Positions 42,940 through 55,030 of a DNA stretch of 64,000 nucleotides are shown piece by piece. The notes beneath the pieces were generated by a model. It did not search any database, had not been told where the DNA came from, and saw only the letters and a program-made list of their open reading frames with translations. Within the stretch, counting starts at the first letter, position 1, and each line of letters opens with the position of its first letter. The stretch spans positions 142,166,001-142,230,000 of the forward strand of contig OZ024742.1 of the NCBI GenBank assembly GCA_964016885.1, given 5' to 3'. This DNA is from Eledone cirrhosa. Lineage: Eukaryota. The position numbers and the translations under genes are program-made.

Positions 42940-43126
42940 TGTTTCTACGTTTGGCACAAGGCCAACAATTACCCAGAGCATTACTGGTACTTTATTTTAT
43001 CGACTCCGTAAGGATGAAAGGCAAAGTTAACCTCGGCGGGATTTGAACTCAGAATGGCAAGGGCCGTAACTCTATACGTCAAAGCATAGCGTCCGACCCT
43101 CTACCGATACTGCCAATCCACCGCCC
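42940..43126 (-). mobile_element. Full-length tRNA-derived SINE
   Basis: 15-bp TSD tgatacagctataat (42925 and 43127). A/B boxes present. Confidence 0.95.
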
Positions 43127-43315
43127 TGATACAGCTATAATGATATACATATATAGAAAGTAAGAGGTGTGCGTTCGATTTCTACGCGTGCTAATACCCA
43201 TTTTTTCCGTTATGGGGTTTCATATGCTTTAATATTAGAATATTTTCTGTAGTCAATAAAACTTCTAATTCTATTTTCAAAATGTTCAATCGCCCTATTC
43301 TAATTCACACGTGCT

Positions 43316-43440
43316 TACGGTCTGAGTTCAAATCCCGCCGAGGTTCACTTTGCCTTTCATCCTTACGGGGTCGATAAAATAAAGTACCAGTAATGTACTG
43401 GGTAATTGCTGGCCTTGTACCAAAAAGTAGAAACAATTAA
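43316..43440 (+). mobile_element. SINE, 5'-truncated
   Basis: B box through the 3' tail. Confidence 0.85.
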
Positions 43441-43709
43441 ATTATACTTCACTGGCATTAAATTTAACGGAAAAAAATAAGGTGGGCAAGTAATCGATGT
43501 AGTACACTTATCGCAAAATAAACGGTATGGGTTCGATTCCCACGCGTGCCCATTTTCGTTATAGGGGTTCATATGCCCTAAGATAAGACTGTATTCTGTA
43601 GTCAATATACGGTGACGGCTTATTTTCGCGATTAGTGTGCTAGATCGATTTCATCAATATGTTTATATATGTATATATAAGCTATAATGCATATATATGT
43701 ATATATATA

Positions 43710-43862
43710 GTCGTAGATGAATGTGGCCTCTCTGGCAAATATAAAGTTTGGTGTTTGCAGTTCCTGTTGATCCCAAAGCTGATCAAATCCAGTATGGTGG
43801 AGGCCTTGGAGGCCCAAATCAACAATTACAGAGAAAAGAGGCTTAAGCCTGACTACATCTAG
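43710..43862 (+). mobile_element. Fragment of an R2/Hero/NeSL-type (RLE) non-LTR retrotransposon ORF
   Basis: VDECGLSGKYKVWCLQFLLIPKL..VEALEAQIN resembles the 'GLPGKFKxWxxQxxLxPxL' post-RT motif. Confidence 0.55.
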
Positions 43863-43909
43863 TTTCGTCGATTGCTGTGATAAAAAGCTACTAACATCGA
43901 TGTTAAGAC

Positions 43910-44009
<100 letters not shown>

Positions 44010-44103
44010 TGGGTGTGTGTGTGGGTGTGTGTCAGAGAGAGAGATTTGCTGTCGAAAAGATAGAAACTTTACCCTAGCGCAGAGCATCATTATAATAAAA
44101 CAT

Positions 44104-44293
44104 GGGCGGTGGTTTGGCAGTATCGGTAGAGGGTCGGACGCCATGCTTTGACGCAAAGAGTTACGTCCCTTTACGATCTGATCTCAAATCCCGTCGAGTT
44201 TAACTTTGCCTTTCATCCTAACGGGGTCGATAAAATAAAGTACCAGTAATGCACTGGGTAATTGCTGGCCTTGTACCAAAAGTAGAAACAATT
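44104..44293 (+). mobile_element. Full-length tRNA-derived SINE
   Basis: Same family sequence as 9677. Confidence 0.9.
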
Positions 44294-44313
44294 ATAATAA
44301 TACATGTATATGT

Positions 44314-44369
<56 letters not shown>

Positions 44370-44490
44370 ATATACAAGTGTGTGTATTTGCATATATCAT
44401 ATGTGTGTATAAACAATACTAAGAGATTACTAAACACCCTTTCAAGATCTAAAACGACCAAGAAGCCGGCTATATATATATATATATATT

Positions 44491-44521
<31 letters not shown>

Positions 44522-44629
44522 TATTATGTGTATGGCTGCCTGTATGTGTATGTGTGCCCGTGTGTATGCGTAGTACGTTTCAATTGCCCCTGTTATTTAT
44601 TGGCTGATCAATAAATGAGTGTGTGTGTG

Positions 44630-44672
<43 letters not shown>

Positions 44673-44764
44673 GTATGTATTTACGTATGTCATGTGTGTG
44701 TATAAAAAATATTAAGAGATTACTTTTGTAAACACCCCTTCAAGATTTAAAACGACAAAAAAAG

Positions 44765-44815
<51 letters not shown>

Positions 44816-44821
<6 letters not shown>

Positions 44822-45008
44822 CAAGTATGACCCCGACGGCAGAGCTCAAGCCGTTTCGACGGCTATTTCCAGAAATAGCCGTCGAAACGGCTTGAGCTCT
44901 GCCGTCGGGGTATTACTTGTTCATATTCCCCACTCTACTACCCTAAGTATTGAGTACTCTGGTGCGTTATGGTCCATCTGGTTCCTTACCACAATTCCTT
45001 TGTTATAT
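44816..45008. mobile_element. Fold-back family A remnant
   Basis: Arms ~44816-44868/44872-44925, between (TA)n tracts. Confidence 0.8.
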
Positions 45009-45125
45009 ATATATAGATGTACGTCAATACTCATATTTTTCCATTTCTCTGAGGGTTCTAAACCCCACTATCCGGCTAAAAATGTCTTTAGTCAAAAATA
45101 CGGTGAAAGCTTATATTTCTAATAT

Positions 45126-45200
<75 letters not shown>

Positions 45201-45207
<7 letters not shown>

Positions 45208-45564
45208 AAGTTAAATAAAAGGTCAAATGTTTAAAATTTAGCTTCGTTTATTACTGCTGTATATATTTCAGTGACAGCCATCTTTGGCTGTGACCTCTTC
45301 AGGCAGTCCGAATTAGTGTGGTATATGCAAGTACATATGTTGTTGAGGTGTATAATTTTGTCAATACTCTGATATGCCCAGTTCCTCGTTGGGTTGTTAT
45401 TTGACAAAATTATACACCTCAACAACATATGTACTTGTCTATACCACACTAATTCGGACTGCCTGAAGAGGTCACAACCAAAGATGGCTGTCACTGAAAT
45501 ATATATAGCAATAATAAACGAAGGTAAATTTTAAACATTTGACTTTTTATTTAACTTTATTTTA
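45201..45564. mobile_element. ~365-bp fold-back element with inverted hammerheads (45460-45510 on +)
   Basis: Arms 45201-45364/45401-45564. TGC CTGAAGA GGTCACAACCA-AAGA-TGGCTGTCACT GAAA TATATA TA|GCA. Confidence 0.8.
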
Positions 45565-45654
45565 CATTACTCCGGAGTAACCAAACTAACCTGCGCACTT
45601 CGTCGAGTGCTCCAGACTGCATACTGAGGTGTTGGTATACAACCAACATATACT

Positions 45655-45740
<86 letters not shown>

Positions 45741-46233
45741 CATATATATATGTATATACATATATATATATATACATATACATATACATATACATATATA
45801 TATATATATATATTTATTTATATTATGTGTATGAGTGCCTGTATGTGTACATGTGTATATATATATATATATACATATGTGTTTGTGTGTACGTGCAGTA
45901 CGTTTCAATTGCCTGTTATTTATTGGCTGGTCAATAAAAAAAGAATACACTCCATGAAAGTAACATACTCTTCTACAACATTACAACTTAAGATCTATAT
46001 CATTTACCATACAATTACATCATTAAACTTGTTTCTTGACAATAGCTGATTTGAAAGTGAACTATTTTCAGAAAATTGTTAGACGTGCTTTAACCTACAT
46101 CAGTCTAGACTATGCCTATATTTGATCAATGAATAATACTTCTCGAAGTGGGTTTAAGCATTTTTTCACTTGTTTTTACTTGTACTATATGTGTATTAGT
46201 AAGACGGGACGGAATATTTTTATCGCTGTTGTC

Positions 46234-46277
<44 letters not shown>

Positions 46278-46437
46278 TTGGCGCTCTGAAATAGCTATAT
46301 ATATATGAATGTATATATAGTGTATTTTGCAATACACTGTATGCTTAATTAAAAGCATTTCGAAGATCTTATGCTATTGTTTTAGAGTAGTGACAGTCTC
46401 ACTTACTTTAAATTTTCAGCAAACAGGGGGAGATAAA

Positions 46438-46480
46438 GCTGACAGAGCTATGTTTCGTACTGATTGGTACTTATCAAAGC
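46438..46480 (-). ncRNA. U3-A8 hammerhead in pLTR 46271-46510
   Basis: GCT TTGATAA GTAC-CAATCA-GTAC GAAA CATAGCTCTG TC|AGC. A distal stem I extension pairs 46412-46427 with 46492-46507. Confidence 0.85.
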
Positions 46481-46583
46481 CAAGTACCCCACCTGGTTGC
46501 TGAAAATCACGAATGTTTGATTCTTATAGAATTTCTAGTAATAATCAGGAACTGATTATACAGAGCGGTTGCCGGTCAAACCG

Positions 46584-46624
<41 letters not shown>

Positions 46625-46721
46625 TATACATATACATATATATATTATATGCATATATATATATATATACACATATATATACATATACATATATATATTA
46701 TATATATATATACATATATAT

Positions 46722-46803
<82 letters not shown>

Positions 46804-46821
46804 TATTTATATATATATACA

Positions 46822-46873
<52 letters not shown>

Positions 46874-46921
46874 TATTTATATATATATATACATATATAT
46901 TATATATATGTATATATATAT

Positions 46922-46984
<63 letters not shown>

Positions 46985-47791
46985 AGGGTGTTAAAGTTTG
47001 CTTGAAGCATTGTGAAATGTGTAAAATACGTAGTTAAGAAAGCCACAACAATGCAGAGGGAAATCTCGAGGTAGGAAGTGAATGATAGATAGGAGAAACA
47101 GGTGAAAGTGAAAATTGAGAGAGACAAAGATGAAAACAAAACAAAGGTAGAAGGGTTACCGTAGTGGAGATTTAATCCCAATATTTCGGGCTCACGCCCA
47201 TCAACGGGGGAAAAGTTTCAAAAGGGGGGGAACAGGCCAAGCGGAGAAAGTTGTGATGTCGTTAAGACAGGAATGCCGTTATGGGGAGAAAATTATTTCA
47301 CGTGCGCGTGATAGGCTGTGGCAAAAGCTACTGACCAAATGGGTTAAATCAAGAGGGTGCGCTAGCGTGTGAAAGCCGTAAAATATGTGTGTGTAAATAT
47401 ATATGTGTGTGTAACTGTGTGTGTATAAGTGTAAGTGTGTATATGTGTGAGTGTGTGTGTGTGTGAAAGATAGTGGGCTGTAGAAGCTGGAAATCAAAGG
47501 GTGTGAAAGGTGGTAGGTTGTAAAACATGTGTGCGTGTATAAATATAGATGTGTGTGTGTAAGCGTATGGGTATACATGTGTGTGTAACTGTGTGTGTAT
47601 ATGTGTGAGTGCATTTGTGTGTGAAAGATAGTGGGCTGTAGAAGCTGGAAATCAAAGGGTGTGAAAGGTGGTAGGTTGTAAAAACATGTGTGCGTGTATA
47701 AATATAGATGTGTGTGTGTATGCGTATGGGTATGCATATACGTGCGTGTGTGTGAAGATAGCAGGCCGTAGGCTGTGAATGGTCACTATGG

Positions 47792-49125
47792 TTAAGTTAG
47801 CCATGTCAGCTCATTTCTCTCAGCCCGGTTGTTAAGTGGGGGTCTGAGGTTCTTAATAACAAGTGCTTCCTTTATCCTTAAGGATCCGATGCTGCGTTCA
47901 GTCGCTAGGACTGTGACCAAGGGTCTACCCTGTGGGTTTCCGCATTTAAGGATGTGTTTACGGAAGGAAGATGCGTTGGTGTTGATATGTTCCTTGATAC
48001 GAACATGTAGGGGTCGGATGGTGCTACCTATGTAAAACTTGTTACATTTATCGCATTGAATCTTATATACGACATAGGTGCGTAGGCAATCTGCCCCCCG
48101 TATCGGGCAGTTGCTGAGGGAACAGGTCCCATCTGACTCGTCGGGTTTGTTGGAGAGGCATCTTCGCAGCGAAGGTCCTGTGTGGGCCAAATGTATGTCA
48201 AGTCCCTCCGTCCGTATGGCCTTGCGGATGGCGTTCGTGGTATATTCACTCAGGTGGGGGATTTTAAAGAAGTACCTGCTTTTATTTAAGTTTCTAGTGG
48301 GTGTCTGTCTATTGGGTCTGGGGTCTCTAATTCCGTTAATCAGTCGCTTGGGATAACCATTAGATCTGAGTAGATTACGGAATTGCGTGGTATGGGTGAG
48401 ACCACCCATCGGGTCGCTGCATCTGTTAGTGATCCGTGTCAGTTCATTTAGGACATAGCCTCTCTTAGCGTTGTTGGGGAGGGATGAGTTATAATGCACA
48501 AATAAGTCCTTGCACGCTGCTTTGCGGTAGAAGGTGGTGTTTATGTCTCCTTCTTCCGAGATGTTGATACGGAAGTCGAGGAGGGCGAGTGACCCGTCTT
48601 CTCCTGGGTGTTCGATGGTGAAATCGACGTGATGGTCAGTATCGTTGAAGATTTGGTGAATTTCATTCGCCATCTCCCGGGAAGAAGTAAGTATCAGGAT
48701 GTCATCAACGTATCTGGAGTAGAAGGCGACGGCATTGGGTTGGCAGGTATTGAGTGCCTTGCGTTCCAGGTGGTCCATGTACGAGATCGCAAGTATGCCG
48801 GACAGACTAGAGCCCATAGGTAGCCCAGAGATTTGTTTGTACGTGTGGCCGAGGAAATTGAAGAGTGCATTATCCACAACGAAGGAGAGAAGTTGGTGGA
48901 TGTCCGTGTGTGTGAGTCCGAAGCAGTGTAAGTTAGATGCTCGGACTCGTTCGGTCAACAGGTCGACAGCTGGGGATGCTGGTACGGAGGTATAAAGGGT
49001 GACCACATCAAGACTGAAGGCATAACCGTTGTCCTTTCTGGTGTTGGGCGCCAGATGGTGTAGTCGCTCCAAGACCTCCTTTGAGCTGCAGACGTGGGCT
49101 GGTAGTGTGTTAGAAAGTGAGGGGT
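47792..49125 (-). mobile_element. 5'-truncated Penelope/Poseidon-type PLE with an open RT + GIY-YIG frame
   Basis: SLDVVTLYTSVP, YKQISGLPMGSSLSGILA, SRYVDDIL, LALLDFRI, FYRK, SNGYP, VVYKIQCDKCNKFYIGST.RPL..RIKEH, KEALVI..RPPLN. The 3' UTR (~46985-47790) holds a ~158-bp tandem duplication. Confidence 0.95.
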
Positions 49126-49232
49126 TTTTTTTACAGAATGAAAAATAACTGAGGTGTCCAATACGAGTGGAAGTATAAAGAAAAAAAGTTTTTAAATAAA
49201 TTTTAAAAGGTTCGCTGTACTTACTATATGTA

Positions 49233-49314
49233 CCTTTACCGCGCGGTTTCAAATCCCAAAATAAACAGATAATCCAAGCGGATTTCCATTGAGAAAGGGA
49301 CTTTCGTCAGAAGG
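49233..49314 (-). ncRNA. Hammerhead with a long stem II; first of a tandem pair
   Basis: CCTT CTGACGA AAGTCCC...GGGATTT GAAA CCGCGCGG TA|AAGG. Confidence 0.85.
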
Positions 49315-49716
49315 CTTTTCTCGCTCAGAGAATATAAAATTCCCGAGTTCAAATGACAAACTGGCGCCATACAAAACTGTTCCTGAATGAGAGCGAATGA
49401 GGAAAGAATCAATTTTGCCTAGTGCCGTGTGTAAAGACAAAAAGGCATGGCGGACAGGTCAATGTCCTGCTACTAGAAATAATAGCAGTTCAAATTACCA
49501 AAAGTTATCTCAACCTAGTGGAGTTTAATAATAAAGTATGTGTTCCTACGTGTAAAAAATACATATAGGGATACAAGTATTGTCCAACCGTGTGCCAATG
49601 TGGTTCTATGGCAGGTTAATAAATTAACAAGCCACAACATATAAAATCAAGGTTTAGCAAATAGAGAAAAAGTTTTTAAATAAATTTTTAAAAGTTCGCT
49701 GTACTTACTATATGTG

Positions 49717-49798
49717 CCTTTACCGCGCGGTTTCAAATCCCAAAATAGACAAATAATCCAAGCGGATTTCTATTGAGAAAGGGACTTTTGTCAGAAGG
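49717..49798 (-). ncRNA. Second hammerhead of the tandem pair (core CTGACAA, a C3-A8 mismatch)
   Basis: Lies in a ~205-bp direct repeat (49178-49385 vs 49664-49870), 484 bp apart. Confidence 0.75.
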
Positions 49799-49928
49799 CT
49801 TTTCTCGCTCGGAAAATATAAAATTCCCGAGTTCAAATCCCAAACTGGCGCCATACAAAACTGTTCCCGAATGAGGATGTTTACATATATATATGTTTAT
49901 ATATATATGTTTATATATATATATATAT

Positions 49929-50050
<122 letters not shown>

Positions 50051-50343
50051 ATATATATATATATATATAAACATATATATATATATTAACATATATATAT
50101 ATAAACATATATATATATATATAAACATATATATATATATAAACATATATATATATATAAACCACATATATATATATATTAGAATTGGTGCTCTGAAATA
50201 GCTATATATATATGAATGTATATATAGTGTATTTTGTAATACACTGTATGCTTAATTAAAAGCATTTCGAAGACCTTATGCTATTGTTTTAGAGTAGTGA
50301 CAGACTCACTTACTTTAATTTTCAGCAAACAGGGGGAGATAAA

Positions 50344-50386
50344 GCTGACAAGGCCTTGTTTCGCATTTATTGATGCTTATCAAAGC
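50344..50386 (-). ncRNA. U3-A8 hammerhead in pLTR 50178-50390
   Basis: GCT TTGATAA GCAT-CAATAA-ATGC GAAA CAAGGCCTTG TC|AGC. Perfect 10-nt palindromic stem/loop III. Confidence 0.85.
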
Positions 50387-50545
50387 CAACATATATATAT
50401 ATATATATATCGCATTTCGGCGAGTAGAAAAAGCGAAACGAAACGCAAAAATCAGAGTTATGCTGGCAAGCGCTCCATAGTTAAAAAAAAAACAGAACTA
50501 AACAATATGTTAAAACGCCATACAAACTAAAAAAGTGGTCAAGAA

Positions 50546-50611
<66 letters not shown>

Positions 50612-50696
50612 TAGAAGGGATATTAATATGTTTATATATCCCGTGTTAAGGGTGAAAAGCAGCTATTCTTTGCTTAAACTTTAATCTGTTATTTTA

Positions 50697-50805
<109 letters not shown>

Positions 50806-51823
50806 ATTATCTCGAATTTCAACTCTTTAATAAATAGACGTACGGATTTATTTGCTCTCTGTAATCATAAATCTTTTAAGACCTTTCACAAAGTTTACAG
50901 CTAATGTCCAATAACATATTCCACGAATAACGCTTAATTTTTTTTTACTCATATATATTTTCAACACATATATCTTTTCACACATTTTTTCTCACACATT
51001 TCATTATATTCTACAATGTATTAATCCCTTTTTCTCTACATTTTTAAGCCTTTCACCTTCTTTCTCTATTGCCTTAAATTTTTCGTTGAAACCTTCGTAG
51101 ATTTTGTAAATAAACTATGACGTCATATGTCTTTCTACGTGTATAAACCTTTCTAGCAATTTCCTTTATTTACTTGTTGATATAAAATAATAATTAAATA
51201 CTATACCCCACATATATAAATTTTTAATAGTAATTTTTTTTATTTTGACATAGACTATTCTTATTTTTATTTTTTATTCTATTCTATCTTATTTTATTTT
51301 ATTTTATTTTATTTTATTTTATTTTAAAAACCCTTTTTTTATAATTATTATAATTATTTTTAATTTAATTTTATTTTATTTTATTTTATTTTATTTTATT
51401 TTATTTTATTTTATTTTATTTTATTTTATTAATACATTTTTTTCACTTCTTAATCCAATTTTTAGTATTCAAACTCAATATAAAATAATATACCCAGTTT
51501 CTATATTCTAGACCTATAATATTTGTAATATTAGCACATACACCTCATCAATTTATTTACTTATTTTTTTAACCGTTATTTACAGATGTTTTTCATTTAT
51601 GACAGCGTTCCCGATCAAAAGTCTCTCTCTCTCTCTTTCTCTTTCTCTTTCTCTCTCCTCCTTCTTTCTTTCTTTTTTCCTCTCTTCTATTTCTTTTTCT
51701 TTTTTCTTTCTTCTTTCCTTTTCTTCATTTTTCCTACTTTTTCTCTTCTCTTATATTTTTGTCATATGTAGACTGGACACTTTCTTGTTCACAAGTATTT
51801 TTAGGCCTCATATCATGCTACCT

Positions 51824-51893
51824 TATTTTATCTGATGAGAACACAATGTTTGTCCCAGGATGATGTTGTTTTCGAAATGCGCATAATAAAATA
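51824..51893 (+). ncRNA. Family G hammerhead at the end of a ~1.1-kb T-rich PLE 3' UTR (50803-51930)
   Basis: TATTTTAT CTGATGA GAACACAATG...TGTTGTTTTC GAAA TGCGCA TA|ATAAAATA. Confidence 0.85.
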
Positions 51894-51953
51894 TATGAAA
51901 CTTTTTTAACCATCTTTTAATTTCTTCTTTATATATATATGTGTGTGTGTGTT

Positions 51954-51994
<41 letters not shown>

Positions 51995-52677
51995 ATTAAC
52001 GCAATAAGACCGAATAGAATTGTTAAGTTAAGTTCTCAAGCAACCAATCATAGGTTCAATTCCACTACCCAGAATATTGGACAAGTGTCGGATCGACCGA
52101 AGCCTTGTGTGGGAAAAAGAATAATCTCAAACTGCATATAAATCCATCAAATGGATTTTACCTGTAACTTAAAAGTCCAGATTTGTTGCACACAACGTCA
52201 CGCTGCTTCTGCCTGTGATTACGTTATGGCTACACGTGTTTCTCGAATACTCTGCCACTTACACATTAATTCAACAAGTAACTAGATATGTCAGTTTACC
52301 GAACATCTGACTACTCATCATTAAAACCGATGGAAATCCATTTACGTTTTTTTTTAATTCTGGCGTGAATATGTGAATATTGTTTTTATCTATAACACAT
52401 TGAAAGCACGTGATCGGAAACCTGTCTATATTGATTTTATATCTTCTTAGAATGTTTTGATTAATATTTAGTCACTTCTCTTAGATACTTAAATTAGTTT
52501 TCAGACATTTCAATTACATTTTTTCTTTATTTTCGTGTTAATATTATTGTAATAATATTTTTATTTCCTTATTTAAATGTCATATATTTTTTCTTGGGTT
52601 TAATATATCTTTTTATCCTACCTTTCTTTATAAAGTTTCTATGGTTGTTGTTGTTGGTGGTATTATTATTATATAAA

Positions 52678-52800
52678 AGTGGTGAGTGCGGTGTATTTCT
52701 CTACCGGTAGATCATCAGACAACATGATTTGCAGCATATAGTTTCGTCCCTTCATGTTCTGAGTTCAAACCCCACCGAGGTTAGCGTTGCCTTTCATCAC
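52678..52800 (+). mobile_element. Diverged SINE 5' part
   Basis: gttctgagttcaaaccccaccgagg..ttgcctttcatc. Confidence 0.6.
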
Positions 52801-52859
52801 CTGAACGTAGAAGAGCTGCGTCGGCATACGCTGACCTCACTGTGAAGATGTCGAACACC

Positions 52860-53148
52860 GCCAGGTAGCTAAGAAATGGGACAAGGTAACGAGCAAGGTG
52901 ATCACACTCATCCAGAAATGGTCGGTAAGAGGTGGCGAGCGCTTGCATCGCGTTCGTCATCTATTACCACGTTGCCTCGCCAAATTGGAACGCCTATTCT
53001 TCAACTTCTTGTGGAAAGGACTGGGTCCACTGGTAAGGAAGTCCATCTACTGCCAACATCCTTTACAGGTGGGGAAGTGCTGTCGATTTCATTGTAAACC
53101 TCCACTGTCCCTGTCTATTGTCTGTCCCCTTGTGGCCAATAAAGAGAT
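52860..53148 (+). mobile_element. L1/Tx1-type LINE ORF2 fragment with 3' tail
   Basis: NWDKVTSKVITLIQKWS...LAKLERLFFNFLWKG..PLVRKSIYCQHP, then ccaataaaga. Confidence 0.6.
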
Positions 53149-53164
53149 TAGTATTTCCAATTAT

Positions 53165-53335
53165 AATTATTCGGTAGAGCGCCGGACACCATACTTTGCA
53201 GCATAGAGTTGCGTTGGCTTTGCCTTTCATCCTTACGGGGTCGATAAAATAGAGTACCAGTAATGCGCTGGGGTCGATTAAATCGACTTTCTCCCTCCCC
53301 CAAAATTGCTGGCCTTGGGCTTATAGTAGAAATCA
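53165..53335 (+). mobile_element. SINE variant immediately upstream of the M1 exon
   Basis: Central domain gcctttcatccttacggggtcgataaaatagagtaccag plus an extra ggggtcgattaaatcgac segment. Confidence 0.8.
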
Positions 53336-53367
53336 TTTTAATTATTATTATTTCTCTTCTATTATAG

Positions 53368-53520
53368 CTCCTCACACCATTTTGGCTGTGAAGTTTTTCT
53401 TACGGAGACACACGGGATTCTTCCTGATTCAGGTTTACATCCCGTGTATTCTGTTAGTAGTCCTTTCCTGGGTATCATTCTGGATCAACCGAGAAGCAAC
53501 GTCGGACCGCATTGCACTAG
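53368..53520 (+). CDS. Internal coding exon of the same Cys-loop receptor subunit: pre-M1, M1 and M1-M2 linker
   Basis: tttctcttctattatAG acceptor and G|GTAAGT donor at 53521. 153 bp, phase 1-1. Reads TPHTILAVKFFLRRHTGFFLIQVYIPCILLVVLSWVSFWINREATSDRIALG. The 'LSWVSFW' M1 signature is present, and EATSDR resembles insect CG8916/GRD subunits. Confidence 0.95.
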
Positions 53521-53856
53521 GTAAGTATACTTTATAAAATCTAGAACAGAAGGAAGAGGTGAACAATATACAAATATGTCTGTTGTTGGGACGAGCTTCT
53601 GCTCATCTCGTGAAATTTTGGTTCTTCGTTATTTTTACTAAGTGCTGCTGAAGAAAAACATTTCTTTTTTAAATAATTTTCCTCTGAGAAAGAATCCTTC
53701 TGAAAAACTTTGGACGTTTTCTCCGTACTGGGGAAGACAAAAGGTTTGTCAGTTTTCGACATTTTCAACAATTTCTCGCGAGTGTAGGTGGGATAACGTT
53801 ATTTATATCTTGGGTTTATTACATTTCATTTAATTATATTATTATTGCTATTATTA

Positions 53857-54045
53857 TGTGGATTGGAAGTATCGGTAGAGGGTTGGACGCCATGCTTTAC
53901 AGCAAAGAGTTACGGCCCTTTATGGTCTGAGTTCAAATCCCCATCGAGGTTAACTTTGCCTTTCATCATTACGGGATCGATAAAATAAAGTACCAGTAAT
54001 ACACTGATATAATTGCTGGCCTTGTGCCAAAAGTAGAAACAATTA
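53857..54045 (+). mobile_element. tRNA-derived SINE followed by (ATT)n
   Basis: Family sequence with A/B boxes. Confidence 0.9.
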
Positions 54046-54046
54046 C

Positions 54047-54083
<37 letters not shown>

Positions 54084-54439
54084 GTCTTGGGTATATGCAG
54101 TGTTGTTTTTGTTGTTGTTATTTCTATTGTACTAAGAGCACTATTTGTAATATGTGTGAAGTGCTTAGTTGTGTTTTTTTTATGCTGTATATATTTGTGA
54201 GTCCTGGTTATGAATCTGTCTGTGTGTTTTTTATCATTCTTAGAGCACCTATTATTATAGATACTGTTTCCTTTTTTATCATCTACATTCGGGTTATTTC
54301 TTATCTCCAGATCTTTATATTTGGATTATTTCTCCATTTCCTTAATATATTGTCGTTTGTGGGTAATTGATACATTAATTAGAAGACGTTTTGTGGTCTT
54401 TAACTATATATATCCGGTCCCCTTTTTTTAACCAGTCCC

Positions 54440-55030
54440 ATGTCTGCGGATCTCTGAACTCTGTTTTCTTAAAGAATACGCTATGAAGAGCTTTTTCATT
54501 CAGGTTTTTCTTTCTCCTCATCATTACTTCCTTCTTAGGCATCTCTTAGTCTATTATCTGCTCCTTCAATACAACCTTAAGTTTGGCTCGTTGCTCACGG
54601 ACACATTTATGCAAACCACTTTTCTCCATCTGAACACAGTCCTCCACGCTGATAAGACCTCTCCCGCCTTCAGCTCTCCTTAAGTACAGTCTATTAACAT
54701 ACCCCCCTCTTATGAAACATACTGTACGGTCATTAATTTCCTCGTATTTCTATCTAGTTCTTTCTGTTCGTTTAAGAATTCTATTTAAGAATTCCCGAAA
54801 GATACCTAATAATAGACACAGCTCGAGAATGTATTGCACTTATGACATTCCTACTATTCAGGTGTGATTTCAGTACATTTCTCACTCTCCTTATGAATTC
54901 AGACCTCATTTTCTCCTTCATTTTTTGTTCTCGGTATTATCTGCTTCCAAGACACCCAAATAACTATATCTTTCCTCAATGCCAATCTCCTTTATCACCT
55001 TACCCGTTGATATCTAGATTCCTTTGCTTC
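54440..55030 (-). mobile_element. R4/Dong-type (RLE) non-LTR retrotransposon fragment
   Basis: The minus strand reads ERYSYLGVLEAD..MKEKMRSEFIRRVRNVLKSHLNSRNVISAIHSRAVSIIRYLSGIL and RLYLRRAEGGRGLISVEDCV, with stops and deletions. Confidence 0.8.

Noticed and set aside
43168-43610. ~90-bp diverged direct repeat (43168, 43530) and similar small duplications (14622, 44400/44700, 59840/61090)
   Set aside because: These are ordinary local duplications or repeat fragments with no further structure seen.
47178-47210. HHR-like motif in the 3' UTR of the 47792 PLE (CCCG TTGAT GGGC-GTGA-GCCC GAAA TATT GGG on the minus strand)
   Set aside because: The position is right, but the core is two nucleotides short. 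Possibly a relic; not called.
49126-49252. N-terminus of the 486-aa ORF
   Set aside because: It is read-through from the fused non-coding HHR repeat, not part of the RT.
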